Shown here piece after piece: positions 1-7,127 of a stretch of DNA of 12,629 bases. How positions within the stretch are numbered: the stretch's first letter is position 1; every line of letters begins with the position of its first letter. Below the pieces are notes generated by a model that had not been told where the DNA came from, did no database searches, and saw only the letters and a list, made by a program, of their open reading frames with translations. The stretch lies in assembly GCA_964658025.1 (NCBI GenBank), contig CAZZXB010000072.1, forward strand, positions 1 through 12,629. The letters are read 5' to 3'. The translations under genes and the position numbers were made by a program. The stretch comes from an uncultured Janthinobacterium sp. Lineage in GTDB: Bacteria; Vulcanimicrobiota; Vulcanimicrobiia; Vulcanimicrobiales; Vulcanimicrobiaceae.

Positions 1-1041
1 CGTTCCGAGCGCCGCTTCGTCGCCGCGCGCGATGTCGCGCGTGCGCGCACCGCCCGCGATCGCGGATGCGACGGCGCGTTCGATCCGCGTCGCCGCCGTT
101 TCGTCCGCGAGACTGTAGCGACACAGTAACGCCGCCGACAGGATCGCGGCGATCGGGTTCGCGATGCCCTTCCCCGCGATGTCGGGCGCCGAGCCGCTGA
201 TCGGCTCGTAGAGCCCGAAGCGGCGCGGACCGTCCGACCGCGAACCGAGCGTCGCGCTCGGGAGGTTGCCGAGCGAACCCGTCAGCATCCCCGCCTGATC
301 GCTCAGGATGTCGCCGAAGGTGTTCTCCGTGAGCATCACGTCGAAGCGCGTCGGCCGGCGCACGAGCTCCATCGCCGCGCTGTCGACCAGGAGATGGTCG
401 AGCTCCACGTCGGCGTATTCCGCCGCGTGCAACGCGATCACGGTCTTACGCCACAGACGCCCGGATTCCAAGACGTTCTGCTTGTCGACCGACGTCACGC
501 GTCCGCGTCGCGTCCGCGCGAGCTCGAACGCGATGCGCGCGACGCGCTCGATCTCCGGGACGCGATAGACGAGCGTGTCGATCGCGGTCGTCACGCCGTC
601 GACGACCGCCGTCCGTTTCGGTTGTCCGAAGTAGAGCCCCGACGTCGTCTCGCGCACGACGAGGAGATCGAGATCGCGCACGAATTCGGGCTTGAGCGTC
701 GAGGCGTCTTCGAGGCCGGGCAGCATCTTCGCCGGCCGCAGATTCGCGAAGAGATCGAAACGACGACGGAGTTCGAGGATCGCGAACTCCGGCCGCGCGT
801 TCGCGGGCGCGGCGTCGTAGCGCGGATCGCCGACGGCGCCGAAGAGGATCGCGTCGCTCCGTTCGCAGAGCGCGTGCGTCGCGTCGGGATACGCGTCGCC
901 GACCGTGTCGAGCGCGCGCGCGCCGACGTCGGCGGACGCGAACGTCGCGTTCGGGAGGACGCGTTCCAACACGGCGACGGCGGCGGCCGTGACTTCGACG
1001 CCGATACCGTCGCCCGGGAGCACGGCGATGCTGGGACTCAC
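1..1041 (-). CDS. leuB: 3-isopropylmalate dehydrogenase (3' end truncated by the window edge)
   Basis: Absent from the ORF track because it has no stop in the window. Manual translation from GTG at 1041 gives MSPSIAVLPGDGIGVEVTAAAVAVL..., and later FGLYEPISGSAPDIAGKGIANPIAAILSAA...GARTRDIA. These are the characteristic IPMDH/IDH-family motifs. Confidence 0.93.
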   Translation of the reverse strand, partial: MSPSIAVLPGDGIGVEVTAAAVAVLERVLPNATFASADVGARALDTVGDAYPDATHALCERSDAILFGAVGDPRYDAAPANARPEFAILELRRRFDLFANLRPAKMLPGLEDASTLKPEFVRDLDLLVVRETTSGLYFGQPKRTAVVDGVTTAIDTLVYRVPEIERVARIAFELARTRRGRVTSVDKQNVLESGRLWRKTVIALHAAEYADVELDHLLVDSAAMELVRRPTRFDVMLTENTFGDILSDQAGMLTGSLGNLPSATLGSRSDGPRRFGLYEPISGSAPDIAGKGIANPIAAILSAALLCRYSLADETAATRIERAVASAIAGGARTRDIARGDEAALGT

Positions 1042-1063
1042 GACGACATACCGTTCCGATCGA

Positions 1064-1777
1064 TCAGACGAAGCTGAAGGGCGCGCGCGGGGATTCGAGA
1101 TAGAGCGTCGCGCCGAGCGTCGTTCCGAGGGCTTCGTTCTTCTCGACGATCTCGCGCACGCGGGCGACGTTTTCGGGGCGCAACAACACGGTCGCCGACC
1201 AGAGCGCGCCGCGACCGCTCGTCGCCACGCGACGGATCGATCGCGCGTGCGACGCGCACGCCTCCCACGTCGCGAGCGCGAAGGCCGTGGCGGGGCGCTC
1301 GGGATCGAGCCGCGGCGGTTTCGCCGAACGCGTCACGCGACCGGTCACGCGGACGAGATACGGATCGCCGCCCGGCGGGACGTGCGGCCCGACGAAGGCG
1401 TGAATCGCGCACTCGCGCAGCGTACCGAACCGCGCGAGCGAGCGTAGGAAACGCGGCGCGCGCGCGTTCGCGTAGGCGACGAGATCGCGCGCGTCCGACA
1501 CGAGCGAGGGCGACCGGAGCGGCACGAGTGCGCCGTGCGCCTCGGCACGTTCGATCGCGCGCTCGCGAATCCGCGCGTCTTCGTACGGACTCGGTGCGTA
1601 CGACGCGTCCGTGTACGAGAGCAAGAGCGCGAAGCGCCCGAACGATACCGCGCTGATCCGACGACCTTCGACCGTGAGCCGTCGTCCCGCGAGTTCGGGC
1701 GAGCACACGGCGTAGAGCGACGCGCCCCGGCCCGCGGGCTGGAGGTGGTTCGAACGGCGCGGTTCGATCGCGGGCAC
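1064..1777 (-). CDS. GvpL/GvpF-family (gas vesicle accessory) -like protein
   Basis: 237 aa. It has N-terminal LYAV, a central LVPLR (cf. vlPmRFg) and C-terminal YLESPRAPFSFV (cf. GPWpPYsFv), plus a family-typical length. It starts 5 nt after the divIVA stop. The family call is from motif resemblance only. Confidence 0.62.
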   Translation of the reverse strand: MPAIEPRRSNHLQPAGRGASLYAVCSPELAGRRLTVEGRRISAVSFGRFALLLSYTDASYAPSPYEDARIRERAIERAEAHGALVPLRSPSLVSDARDLVAYANARAPRFLRSLARFGTLRECAIHAFVGPHVPPGGDPYLVRVTGRVTRSAKPPRLDPERPATAFALATWEACASHARSIRRVATSGRGALWSATVLLRPENVARVREIVEKNEALGTTLGATLYLESPRAPFSFV

Positions 1778-1782
1778 GGAGC

Positions 1783-2304
1783 TCAGTTCTCGGCGGGCGT
1801 CGCCGCGGCCGCGGCGTAATGCGTCCCGTTCTCGACCGGAACGCTCGGCGCGTCGGGCGTGCCGCGGCGATCGAGGAGCGAGAGATGCGTCATGAGCAGA
1901 CTCCGCAGTTCGCTCTTCGCTTTCTCGGCGGTCTCGAGCGCGTTCTGATGTTGGCGACGCGCCTCGTTCGCGCGATCGCCGTACGACGAGATCTCTTTTT
2001 CGACCGAGAGTCGCGCCTCGTGACGGATCAGATCGGCCTCTTTGTGCGCGCTCGCCTTCACTTCGTCCGCGGTGCGCTGGGCGAGTAAGAGCGTGTTCTG
2101 GAGCGACTCTTCCATCGCTTTGAAATGGCTGATCCGCTCGCGCAGATCGGAGAGTTCGGCTTCGAGCGCGGCGCGCTGGTGCGCCTCGTCCTCGAGCGTC
2201 TCGATCACCTCGTCGAGAAACTGATCGACGTCGGCCTGATCGAGACCGTTGAGCTTCTTCTTGAAGACCTTGTGTTGGATATCGACGACCGTAATTCTCG
2301 ACAC
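1783..2304 (-). CDS. divIVA: DivIVA domain cell division/polar growth protein
   Basis: GTG at 2304, preceded by GAGGG and 1 nt after the sepF stop, gives MSRITVVDIQHKVFKKKLNGLDQADVDQFLDEV (DivIVA N-terminal motif). A coiled coil follows with ESLQNTLLLAQRTADEVKASAHKEADLI. The ORF-track start at 2340 overlaps sepF. Confidence 0.92.
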   Translation of the reverse strand: MSRITVVDIQHKVFKKKLNGLDQADVDQFLDEVIETLEDEAHQRAALEAELSDLRERISHFKAMEESLQNTLLLAQRTADEVKASAHKEADLIRHEARLSVEKEISSYGDRANEARRQHQNALETAEKAKSELRSLLMTHLSLLDRRGTPDAPSVPVENGTHYAAAAATPAEN

Positions 2305-2305
2305 G

Positions 2306-2779
2306 TCACCCTCGATTCGCCATGAAGTCGAACGACGCATCGGCGCCGATCGTCTCGCGGATCCCCGCGGAGTTGACGGGCGTCCCCGGCGGCACGACGA
2401 GATACATCGCGTCGGCGAGCTTCTGGATCTTACCGTCGAGCGTGTACGCGACGCCGCTCGTGAAATCGACGACGCGCTGTAAGAGCCCGCGATCGACGCC
2501 CTGGAGGTTCACGATCACGACCTGCCGCGCGCGGAGCGCGTCCGCGATCTCGGTGACGTCGGCGAACGCGCGCGGCGCGAAGAGGCTCACCTCGCCCGCG
2601 ATCGCGCGCCGCGTCTCGCGCGTCGAGAACGCGACCACGTTGCGCTTGGGTCTGGGCGACTCGTCGTCGACCGGTTCGGCCGCGTCGAATTCCTCGTCTT
2701 CGTGGATCGCGAAGATCGAGCCGAGCTTGTGCAAGAAATTCTTACCCGCGGGGCGGTCGTCGTGCATTTCGTCGTTCAT
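2306..2779 (-). CDS. sepF: Cell division protein SepF
   Basis: N-terminal amphipathic segment (FLHKLGSIF) and acidic linker, then the SepF core PRAFADVTEIADALRARQVVIVNL...RVVDFTSGVAYTLDGKIQK. ATGA overlap with yggS; conserved yggS-sepF-divIVA synteny. Confidence 0.93.
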   Translation of the reverse strand: MNDEMHDDRPAGKNFLHKLGSIFAIHEDEEFDAAEPVDDESPRPKRNVVAFSTRETRRAIAGEVSLFAPRAFADVTEIADALRARQVVIVNLQGVDRGLLQRVVDFTSGVAYTLDGKIQKLADAMYLVVPPGTPVNSAGIRETIGADASFDFMANRG

Positions 2780-3468
2780 GTGCGCGCTCCAAAGATGGCG
2801 GTGCCGATGCGCAGCATCGTCGAGCCGCAGTCGATCGCTTCCTCGAGATCGCCCGACATGCCGAGCGATAACGTCGGGCCGAGTTCCGCGCCCGTCCGCG
2901 CGGCTCGTTCGAACGCGCGGGCGATTTCCGCACGATCTTCGGTGTTGGGGGCGATGGCCATCACGCCGTCGATCGCGAGGCCTTCGTCGTCGCGCAAGCG
3001 CTTCGCGAGCGCGACCGCGTCGTCCGGCGCCACGCCGAAGCGCTCGGTCGGCGAGACGTTGAGTTGGATGAGCGCGCGGACGGGTTTGTTCGCCGCGCGC
3101 GCGGCTTTCGCGATCGCGAGCCCCGCCTCGAGTCGATCGATCGACTGCACGACGTCGAAGGCCTCGACGATCGCCTTGGCTTTATTCGTCTGGACGTGGC
3201 CGATGAAGTGCTTGCGCACGGCGGGGAGATCGACGAACTTCGCGCGCGCTTCTTGCACGTAGCTCTCGCCGATGTCGGTGAGTCCCGCTTCGATCGCGGC
3301 GACGAGGTCGTCGTGCGAGTGGCGTTTCGAGACGCCGACGAGCGTGATCGTTAGCGGATCGCGACCGCTCGCCCGGGCGGCGACGGCGATCCGCTCGCGC
3401 ATCGCGTCGATCCGGCGACCCACCGCATTCGGATCCCCGTCCGCGACGGCGCCGACTCCGACCTTCAT
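2776..3468 (-). CDS. yggS: YggS/PLPBP pyridoxal phosphate homeostasis protein
   Basis: Motifs LVGVSK (PLP lysine), GESYVQE, HFIGHVQTNK, LSLGMSGD and RIGTAIFG. Start placed at ATG 3468 (GTG 3477 is an alternative). The ORF-track extension to 4038 is a shadow of lgt. Confidence 0.93.
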   Translation of the reverse strand: MKVGVGAVADGDPNAVGRRIDAMRERIAVAARASGRDPLTITLVGVSKRHSHDDLVAAIEAGLTDIGESYVQEARAKFVDLPAVRKHFIGHVQTNKAKAIVEAFDVVQSIDRLEAGLAIAKAARAANKPVRALIQLNVSPTERFGVAPDDAVALAKRLRDDEGLAIDGVMAIAPNTEDRAEIARAFERAARTGAELGPTLSLGMSGDLEEAIDCGSTMLRIGTAIFGART

Positions 3469-3485
3469 GGGATTCACGACTTCCG

Positions 3486-4346
3486 TCAGACGCGGACGCC
3501 CTCCTTGGGCGCGCGCGGCGGAACGTTCGCGACGTCGGTCCGGCGATTGCGCCGAAACGCGAAGACGACGAGCCCGATGCCGATCGCGATCATCGGCAAC
3601 GCGAGGAGTTGGCCGCCCGTGAACGGTCCGACCGCGAGATCGGTCTGCCGCCAGATCTCCGCGAGCGACCGCGTGACGCCGTAGAGCGCGAACCACGTCC
3701 ACGCCGTCACGCCGTCCGGCGGACGACGCCGGTACACGAGATAGACGATCGGGAGGACGGCGAGATCCATCGCGCCCTCGAATAATTGCGACGGATAGCG
3801 ATAGCCGTCGGCGCTCGGGAACTTCAGACAGTACGGACGGTCGGGATTGCAGACGTTTCCGACGAGCTCGTCGTTGATGAAGTTCACGCACCGCGTGAGC
3901 GCGAGGCCGATCGGGAGCATCACCACGACCTCGTCGGCGAGCACGCCGAACGTGAGCCAGGGATGCTTGCGGATGAAGAGCGCGATCGCGACGATCACGC
4001 CGATCAAGCCGCCGAAAAAGCCCATCCCGCCGTTCCACACGGCGATCAGATTGATGAGGCTACGCGGCATGTCGCCGAAGTAGAGCGCGGCGTCGTGCTT
4101 CGTGACGATGTCGGCGAGCACGAAAAAGATCCGTCCGCCGAGCAACACGCCGACGAGCGCGTAGACGAGAAAGTCTTGCACGCCGTCGGTCGTGAGCCCG
4201 AGCCGCTCGCGACCCTTCGGCCGCGCGAGCCACGCGCCGACCGCGACGAAGCCCGCGAGATAGGACAGGCCGTACCAGTGGACGGCGAGCGGGCCGAGCC
4301 GGAACGCGACCGGATCGATGTTCGGATAGGTGAACCAGTGCTGCAC
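3486..4346 (-). CDS. lgt: Prolipoprotein diacylglyceryl transferase
   Basis: Motifs YPNIDPVAFRLGPLAVHWYGL, LGGR, WNGGMGFFGG, RCVNFINDELVG, YPSQLFE and YGVTRSLAEIWR, with multiple TM segments. The start is GTG 4346 or GTG 4376 (uncertain). Confidence 0.9.
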   Translation of the reverse strand: MQHWFTYPNIDPVAFRLGPLAVHWYGLSYLAGFVAVGAWLARPKGRERLGLTTDGVQDFLVYALVGVLLGGRIFFVLADIVTKHDAALYFGDMPRSLINLIAVWNGGMGFFGGLIGVIVAIALFIRKHPWLTFGVLADEVVVMLPIGLALTRCVNFINDELVGNVCNPDRPYCLKFPSADGYRYPSQLFEGAMDLAVLPIVYLVYRRRPPDGVTAWTWFALYGVTRSLAEIWRQTDLAVGPFTGGQLLALPMIAIGIGLVVFAFRRNRRTDVANVPPRAPKEGVRV

Positions 4347-4404
4347 GAGGAGCGACCATTCGGCGCCTACAGGCACCCGGCCCGCGTCGTCGTAACCGTG
4401 TAGG

Positions 4405-5130
4405 GTGCATCAGTTGAACGTCGCGACGGCGTTTCTCGCGGGTCTCGTCTCGTTCGTGTCGCCCTGCGTGCTCCCGCTCGTACCGTCGTATCTCTCGTTC
4501 CTCACCGGGACGAGCCTCGAGGATCTCAAGAGCGAAGCCGACGCCCGTGCCAAGGCGCGGGTGATCTTTCACGCGCTCGCGTTCATCGCGGGCTTCACGT
4601 GCATCTTCGTCGCGATCGGTCTGTCGGCGAGCGCGATCGGCGGCTTCTTCGCCGGCAACAAGCGCCTCGTCGAGATCCTCGGCGGACTCGTGATCGTCGT
4701 CCTCGGGATGCACATGATGGGGATCCTGCGCATCCCCGCGCTCATGATGGACAAACGCGTTCACGTGAGCGGACGCAAGCCGTCGTATTGGGTGTCGTTT
4801 CTCGTCGGCCTCGGGTTCGCGGCGGGCTGGTCGCCCTGCATCGGCCCGATCCTTTCGGGGATCATCCTCCTCGCCGCATCGGAAAAAACCGTCGGCGAGG
4901 CGACGTTCCTGCTCTTCGTGTATTCGATGGGGCTCGCGATCCCGTTCCTCATCACGGCCGCCGCGATCACGCAATCGCTCGGCGCGCTCAATCGCGTGAA
5001 GCGCTTCCTCCCGGCGATCGAGGCGACGTCGGGCGCGGTCCTCGTCGCGACGGGGATCGTCGTCGCGACCGATACGTTCACGCGCATCGCGGGCTTCTTC
5101 TATCAGTACGTGAAACCGCCGAGCCTGTGA
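4405..5130 (+). CDS. ccdA: Cytochrome c biogenesis protein CcdA (DsbD transmembrane domain family)
   Basis: Two redox Cys motifs, FVSPCVLPLVPSYL and GWSPCIGPIL, also YSMGLAIPF, with about 6 hydrophobic helices. Confidence 0.92.
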   Translation: MHQLNVATAFLAGLVSFVSPCVLPLVPSYLSFLTGTSLEDLKSEADARAKARVIFHALAFIAGFTCIFVAIGLSASAIGGFFAGNKRLVEILGGLVIVVLGMHMMGILRIPALMMDKRVHVSGRKPSYWVSFLVGLGFAAGWSPCIGPILSGIILLAASEKTVGEATFLLFVYSMGLAIPFLITAAAITQSLGALNRVKRFLPAIEATSGAVLVATGIVVATDTFTRIAGFFYQYVKPPSL

Positions 5131-5594
5131 AGCTCGCGTTTTGGCTCGCCGCGGCGGCGGCGTTCGCGCTCGATCAGTGGACGAAGCAGCTCGTCGTGAC
5201 GTCGTTCGCGATCGGCGAGAGCCGCATCGCCGTGCCGCACCTGCTCTACTGGACCTTCGTGCAGAACCGCGCCGGCGCGTTCGGACTCTTCGGCACGCAG
5301 ACGTGGCTGCTCGTCGCGATGGCGATCGGCGTGCTCGCCGTGTTCTGGTTCGCCTTCCGCGATCAGGCCGCGCAATCGCTCCTCGTCCGCATCGCGTTCG
5401 GCGCGATCGTCGGCGGCGCGATCGGCAACATCGTCGACCGCTTCCATCGCGGCTTCGTCGTCGACTTCATCGATCTGCGCTGGTGGCCCGTCTTCAACGT
5501 CGCCGACTCGTGCATCACCGTCGGCGTCGCGCTGTTGCTCATTTCGTCGCTCGGGCGCGAGCGGCGCGACTCGCGGTTGGGATCGACCCGATAA
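5127..5594 (+). CDS. lspA: Lipoprotein signal peptidase (signal peptidase II)
   Basis: GTG at 5127 overlaps the ccdA stop (GTGA). Motifs DQWTK, NRAGAFG, GGAIGNIVDR, VVDFI and WPVFNVADSCI include both catalytic Asp residues. 155 aa. Confidence 0.95.
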   Translation: MKLAFWLAAAAAFALDQWTKQLVVTSFAIGESRIAVPHLLYWTFVQNRAGAFGLFGTQTWLLVAMAIGVLAVFWFAFRDQAAQSLLVRIAFGAIVGGAIGNIVDRFHRGFVVDFIDLRWWPVFNVADSCITVGVALLLISSLGRERRDSRLGSTR

Positions 5595-6520
5595 TCGACG
5601 CGGATCCCGATCGCGACGCGGCGGTCGTCCGACACGTCGTCGGCGAACGCGAGGCCAGCGCGCGCTGCGACGTCGCGATCGCCCGCGTCTCGGGCGTCTC
5701 TCGGGGTCGGATCGCCGAGGCGATCAAGCGCGGGAACGTCCGGCTCAACGGCGCCGTCCCCAAGCCCGCGATGCCGGTCGTCGCGGGCGACGTGCTGGAA
5801 TTCGAGATCGAGCCGCTCGCGCTGCTCGAAGCGAAGCCCGAGGCGATCGATCTCGCTATCGTCTACGAGGACGAGGCGTTGCTGGTCGTCGACAAACCCG
5901 CCGGGATGGTGACGCACCCCGCGCACGGCGCGCGCGACGGCACGCTCGTCAACGCACTGCTCGCGCACGTGGATTCGCTCCCGGGCGACGTCCTGCGCGC
6001 CGGGCTCGTCCACCGGCTCGATCGCGATACGTCGGGCTTACTCGTCGTCGCGAAAACCCCCGAAGCGCTGCGCGCGCTCGGGAAGGCCATGATGCGGCAC
6101 GACATCCGACGGACGTATCGCGGCCTCGTCGTCGGCGTCCCCGAACACGCGAAGGGGACCGTCGACGGCGCGATCGGCCGCGATCCGCACAACCGTCTGC
6201 GCTACGCGCTCCGCGCCGACGGGAAGCCCGCCGTCACGCACTACGAAGTACGCGAGGCCTTCGCGGGAAGCGCGGAACTCGAGTTCGTGCTCGAAACCGG
6301 CCGGACGCATCAGATCCGCGTTCACATGCACGCGCTCGGCTATCCGATCGTCAACGATCCGGTCTACGGGCGCGTCGACGATCGCTTCGACCTTCCGGGG
6401 CAGGCGCTCCACGCGTGGCGCCTCGCGTTCGCGCATCCGACGACCCGGCGTCCGATGGCGTTCGAAGCGGCGCCGCCGCACGAATACGAACGGACGCGCG
6501 AGATCCTCGCATCGCGCTGA
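5591..6520 (+). CDS. rluD: RluA/RluD-family pseudouridine synthase with N-terminal S4 domain
   Basis: S4-like RCDVAIARVSGVSRGRIAEAIKRGNVRLNG, then YEDEALLVVDKPAGMVTHP, VHRLDRDTSG (catalytic Asp), LETGRTHQIRVH and QALHA. lspA-rluD synteny is common. The start codon is uncertain; ATA at 5591 is proposed (see findings). Confidence 0.9.
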   Translation: MIDADPDRDAAVVRHVVGEREASARCDVAIARVSGVSRGRIAEAIKRGNVRLNGAVPKPAMPVVAGDVLEFEIEPLALLEAKPEAIDLAIVYEDEALLVVDKPAGMVTHPAHGARDGTLVNALLAHVDSLPGDVLRAGLVHRLDRDTSGLLVVAKTPEALRALGKAMMRHDIRRTYRGLVVGVPEHAKGTVDGAIGRDPHNRLRYALRADGKPAVTHYEVREAFAGSAELEFVLETGRTHQIRVHMHALGYPIVNDPVYGRVDDRFDLPGQALHAWRLAFAHPTTRRPMAFEAAPPHEYERTREILASR

Positions 6521-6523
6521 TCC

Positions 6524-6552
6524 CCGCACGTTCGGGCGGCTTTACCTTTATT
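6524..6552 (+). terminator. Possible weak intrinsic terminator after rluD
   Basis: Short imperfect stem CCGC(A)C-GTTC-G(G)GCGG followed by the T-rich CTTTACCTTTATT. Confidence 0.25.
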
Positions 6553-6664
6553 ATATAATTACCGGATTAGTTTTCTCGATCGCAGCGCGTCGCTGTAATT
6601 CCCATCGACTAGACTTCGTTTCGCAGCGGCGGATCCGCCGCGACCGCCAAACGAGGAGTACGTC
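6541..6664 (+). promoter_or_regulatory. AT-rich promoter/5' region of the TonB-C gene
   Basis: The most strongly AT-rich stretch in the window. It has TATAAT at 6554-6559, an alternative -10 TAGACT at 6610-6615, the perfect 16-bp palindrome GCGGCGGATCCGCCGC at 6626-6641, and RBS GAGGAG at 6653-6658. Confidence 0.5.
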
Positions 6665-7084
6665 GTGAACATCACCATCGCATCGTTCGTCGCGTCGAAC
6701 GCAGCCGTCTTCGCGCTTTCGATCGGAACGGCTTCGGCCGCGACGATCGTCCTCGCGCCGCTCGCCCCCGCAAACGCCGTCGCGTTGTCGACGCATCGGA
6801 CGTGCGCCGCGCCGCGCCTGCCCGCCACCGTCGCCTACGACGACATCGCGGAGTATCCGGCAATCGCGAGAGTCGCCCACGTCACCGGGACGTCGGACGT
6901 TCGCGTCGATCTCGACGCGGCCGGTCGTCTCGAGCGTGCGTCGCTCTACCGTTCGAGCGGCAACGCGAGCCTCGATCGCGCGGCGCTCGCCGCCGCCCGT
7001 AACGAGACCTACGCGCCCGAAGTACGCGATTGCTCGCGCGTCGGCGGCGCCTACGTGCTCGAGGTCGATTTCGACGGCGAGTAG
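6665..7084 (+). CDS. Short TonB C-terminal-domain protein with hydrophobic N-terminal signal/anchor
   Basis: Strong RBS GAGGAG and hydrophobic N-terminus. EYPAIARVAHVTGTSDVRVDLDAAGRL...RSSGNASLDRAALAAAR..YAP matches the TonB_C pattern (YP.A...G.V...id..G...SSG...LD.AAl.A). Confidence 0.85.
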   Translation: MNITIASFVASNAAVFALSIGTASAATIVLAPLAPANAVALSTHRTCAAPRLPATVAYDDIAEYPAIARVAHVTGTSDVRVDLDAAGRLERASLYRSSGNASLDRAALAAARNETYAPEVRDCSRVGGAYVLEVDFDGE

Positions 7085-7127
7085 GCGTACCGGGACGACG
7101 TGGCCGCATCCCCGAACGATGCGGCCG

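Noticed and set aside
181..215. LeuB motif EPISGSAPD lacking the usual His
   Set aside because: This position varies among functional LeuB enzymes (E. coli has EPAGGSAPD), so it is not evidence of altered function.
308..1819. Plus-strand ORFs at 308, 394, 905 and 1535
   Set aside because: They are antisense shadows of leuB and the GvpL/F-like gene and have no recognisable motifs.
2776..4038. 420-aa ORF extending yggS
   Set aside because: The N-terminal part is an off-frame reading of lgt. YggS similarity begins near 3468.
4599..5594. 331-aa, 459-aa (5141) and 449-aa (6936) ORF-track extensions of lspA, rluD and tgt
   Set aside because: The extensions overlap real upstream genes in other frames and are Arg-rich nonsense, as expected from stop-codon scarcity at high GC.
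6552..6572. Fur box upstream of the TonB-C gene
   Set aside because: The TAAT/ATTA arms are spaced by 6 nt rather than the 7 nt of GATAATGATAATCATTATC, and the centre does not match.
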